From Macrostomum lignano (taxonomy: Eukaryota), in assembly GCA_002269645.1 (NCBI GenBank), contig NIVC01004136.1, positions 1-58,557 of the forward strand: a DNA stretch of 58,557 bases, in the 5' to 3' direction. This document shows, piece by piece, positions 24,001-34,297 of this stretch. Position 1 is the first letter of the stretch. Every line of letters starts with the position of its first letter. A model generated the notes under the pieces. That model ran no database searches. It saw only the letters and a list, made by a program, of their open reading frames with translations, and was not told where the DNA came from. Position numbers and translations under genes: made by a program.

Positions 24001-24299
24001 AAGGTTGCCAGAATTTTCCTTGGCGTCGACACGGAGATGAGAAAGTACGGGTCACAGTGGTCACTTCCAAAGAAGCTCCGGTCGCAGCTGCCTCGGTCTC
24101 TCTGTCGATACGAGTCGAATTTCACGTGTACTGCTCCACTCGCTGCGGACGAGCTTGCAAGCGGCTGAAATGACTGAAATGAATGGATCATGGGTTTGTT
24201 GGAGAACTGCTTCAAGAAAACGAAAATCACTTAAAAAATCTGTCACTAACTTACCAAGAAGGCAGTAAGCCAAATTGCTATTAGATGTCTCGTGTCCAT
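21022..24299 (-). CDS. Delta/Notch-ligand-like type-I membrane protein with duplicated C2(MNNL)-DSL-EGF heads, mucin stalk and TM; exons 24299-24255, 24164-21357, 21173-21022, plus a probable short last exon near 20940-20895
   Basis: Signal exon MDTRHLIAIWLTAFL|GTAAGT; TTTCAG acceptor; DSL-like CRPNFYQAACSVHC..C..NG..IC; EGFs CQNGGSC..CQCPMNFTGPHC; cbEGF DVDEC; TTPA repeats; TM VSLVLMITIVLMLCIMIAVIVGFILYL followed by KK; all splice phases match. Confidence 0.85.
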
Positions 24300-25329
24300 A
24301 TTGAAACTCCAGCAGAGTCAAGTTGCGCACGATAAACATTTTTAGCGTTGAATTTCTCTCTTATTAGCGCATAAACTTTCAATTTTTGGCCGGTTTGTTT
24401 ATTAGTGGAGAGATAAACTCTGCTAGCATTACGAGCGCGTAGGGTAGAGACTGTGGCCCACTTTGTCTATTATAGAAAGAGCTTCGCATTTCCGACGTAG
24501 GTTTCAGTAAACGCTAAGAACATTGACAGCGCGTTTTTAGGCTTTTCTATCCTCGGCTTCGATCCTAAATTGGCTTGAAGGCTCTGTGATTCGCACCTGT
24601 TTAGGTTGAATTCATCTGCTTTTGGATTGCACAGTTTGATGTGCGCACTAAACAGATTGGCTCAATTTTATAAATAATAATGATGGTTTGATAAATATGC
24701 ATTGCGGAATTTGTACTGAGCAACTTGGACAATTATATTGGAGGTCATGGTGCAAAGGCTGCGGAAACAAAAACAACATTTTCCCAGCAATTTAGACTCA
24801 ACAATTGCAGTCTTCAAGTTCAATGACAATATTAGTACACTTCTGTTCAATTTCCTGATGTTGTAGCATTATAACTGTTGCAGCAATGAATCAATTAAAT
24901 TCCAGTATACTTGGCAATTTTCAACAACTGCGATGAGCGGTCGCGAATCTGTGAGTATCTTTTAGAGAAGTTTAAAGTCACTTCTGGGGACTTTCGCTCC
25001 AATGCTCCAGTCTAGTGGTGAAAAACAATAAATACAAGATATACCGTACTTGTGCTACTGTTAGTAGAAAGTATCAATTTAAAAGGTTCGGAACTGTAAG
25101 TATTCACTCAAAAGAGCTGTTGAAATACTGTTGATTAATTTCTGGCCAAACTGCTGCACATCAACCACTGGGCACTTCCTGGACATGCCCCTGCCTCCGT
25201 ACATGAGCACTGCACACATACCAAAGCACTGTCCCCCAAATTCTCCGTGCAGCGAATATACATAAATCGCATTCTTAGCAGAGCCTATCAAGTACATGAA
25301 AATGGATTCAAAAGAGTGTTTATCTGTAA

Positions 25330-25970
25330 ATTTCTATCTGTTTATCTATGGCCTGTGCAATGTGTATCAATGTGATTGTTTATCTATGGCCTGTGAATCA
25401 GTGCCATTGTTTATCTATGGCCTGTGAATCAGTGCCATTGTTTATCTATGGCCTGTGCAATGTGTATCAATGTGATTATTTATCTATGGCCTGTGAATCA
25501 GTGCCATTGTTTATCTATGGCCTGTGAATCAGTGCAATTGTTTATCTATGACCTGTGAATCAGTGCCATTGTTTATCTATGGCCTGTGAATCAGTGCAAT
25601 TGTTTATCTATGGCCTGTGAATCAGTGCCATTGTTTATCTATAGCCTGTGAATCAGTGCAATTGTTTATCTATGGCCTGTGAATCAGTGCCATTGTTTAT
25701 CTATGGCCTGTGAATCAGTGCCATTGTTTATCTATGGCCTGTGAATCAGTGCCATTGTTTATCTATGGCCAGTGCATCAGTACCATTGTTTATCTATGGC
25801 CTGTACATCAGTACCATTGTTTATCTATGGCCTGTGCATCAGTGCCATTGTTTATCTATGGCCAGTGCATCAGTGCCATTGTTTATCTATGGCCAGTGCA
25901 TCAGTACCATTGTTTATCTATGGCCTGTACATCAGTACCATTGTTTATCTATGGCCTGTGCATCAGTGCC
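25330..25970. repeat. 31-bp minisatellite (~20 copies)
   Basis: TGTTTATCTATGGCCTGTGAATCAGTGCCAT units. Confidence 0.96.
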
Positions 25971-26611
25971 AGTTTAACAGGGTTCAACAAGCATTAAACG
26001 CGGAACAAGGCAGAAAATACCTCTTGGATCTGTACGAATTAATATAATGTGGAAACTTGTACTTAAATAAGCTTGATTAGCCAATCATTTGGGACAGAGA
26101 GGAGTTAAAAAAACATCACTAATTTTCACTTGCATGTCCGAAATAGAATTTCGGATCAGGTGTGAATTTCTAATCAGTTTATGCAGTTCCAAAATTTTTG
26201 TTAAAAACAAATTCTCATGCTATTTTGATCATGCACTCCCGGGTCGGAAAAAATGCAAAGAATTTTACGAGATGGCGCTGAAAATCATTTTACCAAAAGT
26301 AGATAATCAGCTACTTTTAGAAACTGAAACTGAAATTGAGAGTGTCAGACAGTTGTCACAGCTGGAATGCTTCCAACCGTTTCATGTTTAATCGATGAAT
26401 CATCTCTCACCCAAAACTACCAACTACATGGGGCGAAAAACTATTTACAATTGAAAAATTCGAACATATCAACAGTTTAGAAGCTTAACTGTGAATTGCA
26501 ATTAATTTAGCAGTACTCGCAGTGATAAAATCCATGAACAGGAAGACAGAAACATTTCAATTTTTACCACTAAACTAGCAAGCCTTGACATCTCAGCTAT
26601 TCCCCCGTAAG

Positions 26612-26920
26612 CCGGATGTGCAACCGACAGCTCAGCCGCAGCTATTGCGCGGCGCATCTGAAGGCTGCGTACGGCTGTTCAGTTCAAGGACTGGGGGGTC
26701 GCCACACACCCTCAATTACCCCAGCTCATGCTGGCACCCATTTTACAGCTGGGTGAGCTGAAGCAATGCAGAGTTAAGTGTCTTGCTTAAGTGCACAAAT
26801 TTTTCCAATTAGATCGGGAATCGAACCCCCGACCTTCAAGTCGTAAGTCCGACACTCTAACCACTAGGCTATGACTCCCTGCTAGGCTACAACCCCCACT
26901 AGGCTACAATCCCTATGGGA
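26612..26920 (-). mobile_element. tRNA-derived SINE
   Basis: Minus strand AGCCTAGTGGTTAGAGTGTCGGAC..GGTTCGATTCC (A and B boxes); body matches the copy at 35131. Confidence 0.88.
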
Positions 26921-27789
26921 AATATAGGTGAGATGTTGGGAATTTAGTGCTGGCATGCATTGCTACGAGTAATTTGCATTGAAAACCTGCCTCCAGGAAA
27001 ATTTCTGAATGAGTCGCCGTCGATGACCCTATATAAAAAAACAATTATTCGCAGCAGTCCCTGACTTGATTAAGATTTGTGTCTTCAGTGAAATACAGTT
27101 TGATTAAATTGTCAGAGAAATTAAAAAAAGTTTTTAAAAAGCTTGTTGGCAAATTTTAATTGTTATACTGTTGAATTGTCGACAAATCTTGATGTTGAGC
27201 CTCTCCAATAGCGTCACTATTGTTGCTGTCGTTCTCAGTGTTGTCTTCATGGCTTGTCAGGCTTCATCTAAACAATGTCCTCGTAGTCCAGGTCAATGTT
27301 CTCAGGCTGCCAGCTCTGCTGCTGCATCATCGGCTCGCGCTGATCAGCTGAGGTGACTGGCATAGTCACAATCGACGGTAGAGGCCTGAATGTCAGTAGG
27401 GGCGTTATTATTATTAATCGTGTAAATGCAACTCACCATGAGAGCAGTCCAGAACGAATAGCACCAACGGTGCCCCATGACTACGAAGAGGAAAAGGGGA
27501 AAGGAAGTGAAAGAAGATAAAGGGAGAGGATGGAAGAAGAACGTAACAAGACAAAGGAAAAAAGAATTGCCTAAAAAGCTGACCAAGGTGGTCTTTGAGA
27601 CACACCTGGCTCTTGAAAATGGATGACTTGATGCCAGGATTAGCTAATGCTGCAGGTTGAGCATTCCATAATCTACAATTTGTGGAAAAGAAAGGAAGCT
27701 TTAACAGTATAAAGACCATTTCAAATGCACACATTTTTCCTTTGTCTGGATCTCCAAAAATATTCAGTCAATTGCCATGAAAATCCAGA

Positions 27790-29125
27790 ACGCGGGCTAA
27801 AATTTTCCACTCTATTCGATGAAGCAACTTCGAGAATCACGAAAAATCGGCATCGTCGAGATATTCAACGATTCTCCTCGGGGTGTCTGGTGGCAAAAAC
27901 CACCAACATTGGCAAAAATTTTCTGCTCACAAAATCTCATCATGAAACCACGTCGGCTCAACAAACTATGCATATCAGTCGCAGGGACTTTTGCTCTCAG
28001 CATCCCAGGCAACAGGGTCCCCTTCATCACCATCTGGAGCATCGGCGGCAACCGTCGGGACCTTCAACAAAAGCACCCGATCGGTATCTCAGAGACGGCT
28101 GCGTTCCCAAAACTGAAGTGGAAGAATCCTCTTCTGCATGCAGCATTCAGTCAGTAGACATAATCGGTGAATGAAATGGACGATGGCGACCCTCTAGGCT
28201 GGCCTGTAGACATTACAGGCGACCTTCGGGACCTTCAACGGAGTGCCACCACGCGGCCCCGATAAGCTGACACCGCCAACATCGTGCTTCTTCTATCAAG
28301 GCACCAAACCAGGCAGGTCTGCGTATTATACAGTGCTTTTGCACCATGTTAAATTCGAAACTGCCGAATATCGTCAGCGGAGGGCCGCAACGGACAAGCT
28401 CTACGGCATCCGACGCCTGTAGGTCAGCTGCGCCATCCTGTTCTTTCCGGGCCGTACCTCTGCGTCGACGAAACTCTGGTTGTCTACTGGGGTGTGAACT
28501 GTGACTTCACGGTCTTTCTAAGGAGAAGCCCGGTCGCAAAGGTGCCAAGCTGTTCCTGCTGACATCGGCTGGAAATCCAGAGATTCAGGATGACATGGAC
28601 ATCCGCTATGAGTTCAATGCGGAAATCTGCACTGGCAAAGGAACACTGCTGTCCACTACTTTTGCATTACAGGAATCCGATGCTCGGCCGGCCGAGGGCT
28701 CAAAGGTGTGGAGTGGTGAGCAAGTTGTTTACCGCTTGGCTGATCCATTCAGATGACACTGGTACAGGAAATGGGATTCATGTTTCTTGGAACAGAGATG
28801 CGCACTCGTGTTGGCCTGCCTCAGCGGTGGTCTCTGAGATACCGATCGGGTGCTTTTGTTGAAGGTCCCGATGCTTGCCGCCGATGCTCCAGACAGTGAT
28901 GAAGGGGACCCTGGTGCCTGGGATGCTGAGAACAAAGGCATCTACGACAGATGGACCCAAATTATTGAGCCAATATGGATTCATCATAAAGGTCTATACA
29001 GTGTAGTGTTGGTTTTCCTTGCCACCAGTGTCTTCGACAAGAATTGTTTAATATCTCGACAATGCTGACGTCGGATGACTTTGAAGGTTAGTTCGTCGGA
29101 AAGGGCGGAAAATTTTGATCCATAT
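27790..29125. repeat. Diverged inverted arms (~27790-28096 and ~28830-29125)
   Basis: GGGACCTTCAACAAAAGCACCCGATCGGTATCTCAGAGAC has its exact reverse complement starting at 28830; similarity falls off outward. Confidence 0.85.
28320..28790 (+). pseudogene. piggyBac-family (DDE_Tnp_1_7-like) transposase remnant
   Basis: Across frameshifts and stops: RQRRAATDKLYGIRRL / PGPYLCVDETLV / EKPGRKGAKLFLL / YEFNAEICTGK / VVYRLADP, matching the remembered piggyBac consensus. Confidence 0.75.
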
Positions 29126-29229
29126 GGTGGACTTTTGCGAAAATCGGTAGTTCGGTTTGCGAGCTATCGTGAAATGGGTCGTGTGTATTTGTAATGCACC
29201 CCCGTGGTCTTTCCCCATGGGGAAAAATA

Positions 29230-29465
29230 GCGTGGTCTTTCTACTGTTAAGGAGAAGCTGTGATGTTGCTGTCAGAGCGGAGACCTGATGGTGCGACTGT
29301 GGAGCAAAAGGAGGGAGGAGCTGCTGAAGTTCGCTGGCCTTGACCTTGCAGAAAGCTGTGGACAAAAGCCAGTACAGCAACAGTTCTGCGACTGTTAAGG
29401 CTGTATGGAGCCTGTATGGAGTCACCAGTGATCCTGGCAGCCTTCTGCTCGACACGGTCCAAAGC
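29230..29465 (-). mobile_element. 3' fragment of a CR1/L2-like LINE ORF2
   Basis: DRVEQKAARI..SLNSRRTVAVLAF then ELQQLLPP resembles the post-RT C-terminus of the CR1/L2 group. Confidence 0.5.
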
Positions 29466-29820
29466 TAATAAGGATCTACGTTTGATAACGGACGTTCAAC
29501 AGCCTCAGCTTCACGATTCAGTAGTAAATCAGGTAACTATCCAGCCTTACCTGCTAGCTCTGTTCGCGATGCTTTCCATTCGGATTCGGTAGACATTGTT
29601 CTGCAGTCTGCGCCGTACGCGCACAATGCACACCAACACAACGATCAGGATGGCTAACTTTGTCAGAGAGAGCGCCGACAGTGTCAGTTGAGTGGCTAAC
29701 AGCACCTGAGGAAATACGTGTCAGGATGCGGTGCGGTTTAGTGCTTGCTACTCTTACATCCGTAATGAATACTTGCTGCTATGCAAAACTGTCGCTGCTT
29801 AATGCAACTGAGGAACTTAC

Positions 29821-31636
29821 CGCAGAATAATCTTGTTTAAGACGCTCGGTAGCGACTGATTGAACTGATCTTCTGGTTGGTTTTGCTGTTGACATTGTTG
29901 ACTGTTGTGATATCATCGGCTGAATTGAGGCTGATATGCCGCTTGTTGTCATGGCCGCTTGTGCTTTGGTAGGTCGTGCTGTAGTTTCTGGTTTTATGGC
30001 TCTTGGCGTTGTGGTTGTTAATGTTTTTGTTGGTGTTGTGGTTGTTGGTGTTATCGTTGTTGGTGTTGCTGTGGTTTTTAGAGCCCTGCTTGTTCGTTTT
30101 GTGGTGTTTGGTGTTGTGGTTGCTGGTATTATGGTTTTTGTTGTTATTGTGGTTGTTGGGGTGGTTGTGGTTGTGGTTGTGTTTGTTGGTGTTTTGATTC
30201 TTGATGTTGTAGTTGTTGGTGTTGGTGTTGTAGTTGTAGTTGTTGGTGTTGTGGTTGTTGGTGTTGTGGTTGTTTTTGGTGTTTGTGTTGGTGTTGCTGT
30301 GGTTTTTAGAGCCCTGCTTGTTCGTTTTGTGGTGTTTGGTGTTGTGGTTGCTGGTATTCTGGTTTTTGTTGTTATTGTGGTTGTTGGGGTGGTTGTGGTT
30401 GTGGTTGTGTTTGTTGGTGTTTTGATTCTTGATGTTGTAGTTGTTGGTGTTGGTGTTGTAGTTGTAGTTGTTGGTGTTGTGGTTGTTGGTGTTGTGGTTG
30501 TTGTTGGTGTTTGTGTTTGTGTTGCTGTGGCTTTAAGAGCCCTGCTTGTTCGTTTTGTGGTGTTTGGTGTTGTGGTTGCTGGTATTCTGGTTTTTGTTGT
30601 TATTGTGGTTGTTGGGGTGGTTGTGGTTGTGTTTGTTAGTGTTTTGATTCTTGATGTTGTAGTTGTTGGTGTTATGTTTTTTGTTAATGTTGTTTTTGTT
30701 GTTCGTATTGTAGTTGTAGTTTTTGGGGTGGTGGTGGTTGTGATTGTTGGTATTTTAGTTGTTGGCGTTGTGGTTATTGGTGTTGTAGTTATTGGTGTTG
30801 TGGTTGTTGGTGTGACTGCGGCTGTGGTTGTTGTTGAGGTTGATGTTGGAGTTGTGCTTGTTGGTGTTGTGCTTCTTGGTGTGATTGTGGTTGTGATTGC
30901 TGGTGTTTTAGTCGTTATTGTTGTGGTTTTTGGAGTTGTGGTTGTTTGTGTTGTGTTTGTTGGTATGGTTGTGGTTGTGATTGCTGGTGTTTTAGTTGCT
31001 GGTGTTGTGGTTGGTGGTGTTTTGGTTGTTGGTGTTGTGGTTGTTGGTGTTGTGGTTGTTGGTGTTGTTGTTTTTGGTGTTGTGGTTTTTGGTGTTGTGG
31101 TTGTTGGTGTTGTGTTTGTTGGTATGGTTGTGGTTGTGATTGCTGGTGTTTTAGTTGTTGGTGTTGTGGTTGGTGGTGTTTTGGTTGTTGGTGTTGTGGT
31201 TGTTGGTGTTGTGGTTGTTGGTGTTGTGGTTGTTGGTGTTGTGGTTGTTGGTGTTGTGGTTGTTGGTGTTGTGGTTGTTGGTGTTGTGGTTGTTGGTGTT
31301 GTGGTTGTTGGTGTTGTGGTTGTTGGTGTTGTGGTTGTTGGCGGGGTGGTTCTGATTGCTGGTGTTTTAGTTTTTGGTGTTTTGGTTGTTAATGTGGTTG
31401 TGGTTTTGGCTGTTGGTACTGCTGTGGTTGTTAGCGTGTTTGTAGTTGTTGTTAGGGTTGTTGTAGCTTTTGTTGTCGATGTTGATGTTGTAGGTTTTGT
31501 GGTTGTAGTTTTGATTGTTGGTGTTGTATTTTTAAGTGTTGAGGTTGTTGGTGTTGCGGATTTTGGTGAGTAGATAGTCTCAAATGGTGGTGCGTTTGCT
31601 GTTGTTGTAGCTTCGGCTAACAGATTAGTTTCAAAT
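29821..31636 (-). CDS. Large Thr/Pro/Lys-rich mucin-like internal exon
   Basis: 1.8-kb stop-free frame of PTTTT and TTKT repeats; acceptor ATATTTCAG| at 31636 (phase 2); donor |GTAAGT after 29821 (phase 0). Confidence 0.75.
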
Positions 31637-32332
31637 CTGAAATATTTTTGGAAGAGAATGCACGGTTGATCGAAAGTACGCTGGTGTAAGACCAATAAAC
31701 CAGTACTTATTATTAGAAATAGTTTGCAATTATTACTGACTAAGAAAAGAAGCTCGACTATAGTCGAGCTTTAAACTTAAACTTTAAACTTTAAACTTTA
31801 AACTATAGTCGAACTTTAAACTTTAAAAGCGGTTGGAAACACTCATCATAGCAGTTTGTAAAAATACATGCTATAAAGTTAGTGTTTTCAACCGCTTTTA
31901 AAGTTCTTAGAAATGTACATATATGATCAGTTATTTATTTTTTTCCAAAAGCTACGCAAACAATTCCAAAGCTCAAAAGAATTATTAAATTTATAATTTA
32001 TAATTCAGATGGACATAGTTCATTAACGTGCAGCTTAATTAAATGTAATAATTAGGTAAATTGTTTTGAAAGCCTGGTGTTATGATGATAAAATTTACAA
32101 GCTGTACTTAAAGTGCTTTTTCATGCATGATATGCGACTGTAAAAAATTAGACATTTATACAGTTAAACTTTTAGCCTATAGGTTTAAAACGTAATTTAC
32201 ATTACAATGGTACATATTGAGCTCGAACGAGTTGCATTGAAGTGAATCTGCGTATTTTGATAAAAATTTACATTTATCTCTGGCTGAGATTTGATACAGT
32301 TAAAAACATGGATTAGGTATGCTTATGCTTAC

Positions 32333-32394
32333 CGAGAAGCCGAAACAAATATTTGCGCCGTAAAAGTACAAAATAGAAGCAGAAAACGCACCAT
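32333..32394 (-). CDS. Putative signal-peptide first exon of the mucin gene
   Basis: ATG 32394 MVRFLLLFCTFTAQIFVSAS then |GTAAGC, a phase-2 donor matching the phase of the mucin exon acceptor; small Cys-containing exons may lie between. Confidence 0.5.
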
Positions 32395-34297
32395 AGTTGT
32401 ACTATCTAACAGTTCACATTTGCATAATTGATGGAACTAGTCAATCTATTCAATGCCTTTAATATATCGAATGAACGGATACTTTGACAAATTCATGAAA
32501 ATTTTAAATAGTGCGTTATGCTAATTATCGTAGGATCTATAATAAACAAAAATTAGGTTTTTATTATCACTAACCCACGTAGTTTAGATAGTAAAAATAT
32601 ACAACGTGTATTGATTCGTTATGCTGTAAAACTGACTAAGAGTTTGTTCGTGTTGTTTTTCTCTGCCTTTTTGACTTAAATTTAAATTGGGGTAAATCCA
32701 CGAAAACGCCCTGTGTTGGACTTCCGTCCGCCCCACGATGCTTGAAATACGAGCGCTCGTAGTATGACTAGGCTAGGCCTAAGACTAAGAGTGAAAGCAC
32801 AATTATCTCATAAATTTATCTTGATTTTTGGAATGAATTCTTTCATACTCATTTATAAAAGAAACTGTAGAGACTGTAGATATTTCTACTTGGGCCTATA
32901 AGAATATTAGAATAAAAGATTTTACTTCATTTTTCAGTGAAAATGAAACCAGAAAAGCCTTTTGTTGCCATTGTTGTTACAGACAGTGTGATATGCTATA
33001 GTGGTCCCACTGTGCTGTATTCTTCAATCTATTTCCACCGTTTACCTAATTTTTTGCTTTTAAAAAAATAATAATAATGCATTGCATTCAGATTCATCAA
33101 ATATAAATGGACCACTGCAAAGAAGTACATGTTGTGTGCGCAACTGTAAATTAAACTGGCATGCGACTTTGTTATTTTTATTGAAAATGTGACTTAGTCT
33201 GATCCTTTTCTTTTACAGATTCCTTTATTTTTTATCTTTTTGCTTTTTTAAGTTCTTGTTATATTTTGCTTTTTTTGATTTCCTATTGCTAATTTTTCTT
33301 TTTCCTTTGCATTTCTTTTCTTTCTTGTCTTTTTACTTTTTTGGTCATCTGTTTCACAACTTATTCTTGGTTTTTAAATTTATATTGGTTAGATAAGCTA
33401 GGTTGGCTAGTAGTTGTATATTTATAAAGTTATAATAATTTATTTGATTATTTGAATATTAGAGCTTATTTATCATTAGATAATATAAATTATTAGATTA
33501 TAATTAGATTACTTTCTAATTAATATATTAATAGAGATTTTCATGTCAAAAATCATAAAACTAGTGCAAAATTATTTTTTGTTTATTATATTGTCAAACA
33601 TTGGCTTTAAAAGTTCTTAAAATAAGTTGTATAACTAGATAAGTACTAGATAAGTATTAGGCATAAAAAGTTATCTTTATTAGCTTGTCTAGCTAGGTCT
33701 AGGAGTAGATGTTTATTAATAATAGTTTGCTATTAGTATTATTATTGAGTATATATTTTTTTGCCACTTTATAATCTCCCATGTTAAATCCTATAAATAT
33801 TTAAAATAATATCTGTATAAATATTCAGTAATAAAATCTTTCAGTTTTAGGTTTGGCAGTATCAAAAAAAACTTTTATGAATTTTCTTATATTAAATAAT
33901 ACATTAATTTAACTTTAACGATATAAAATGTTTCTTAAGCCTTATAATTTTTAGTAACATAATATTAGTAATAAATAATTACTAAAGTTTATCTAGATTG
34001 ATGTAAATTATAAAAATTTTACCTTATACTTATATTTTTTATATTAGTTATTAAAATAAATACCAGAAATATACTTTTTTACACATATAGAAGTCTATTA
34101 ATATCTTTAACTGTTGATCTTTTGGTAAGCTAATTTTTGTTTTATTGTTTTGTATATGATAAGCTTAACTATTCTAGCAACAAGTTAGTTGACAAATATT
34201 TTTTGTTTGATTGTTAAACTTAGAACACTTAATAGTTAGTGTTTTTCTAGTGTAATTTTCTTAACTTAAGTATTTCTACATTTTTCAGATTCTCAGT

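Noticed and set aside
29936-31573. Val-rich + strand ORF, and the similar ORF at 21490..22002
   Set aside because: Antisense shadows of Thr-rich coding sequence
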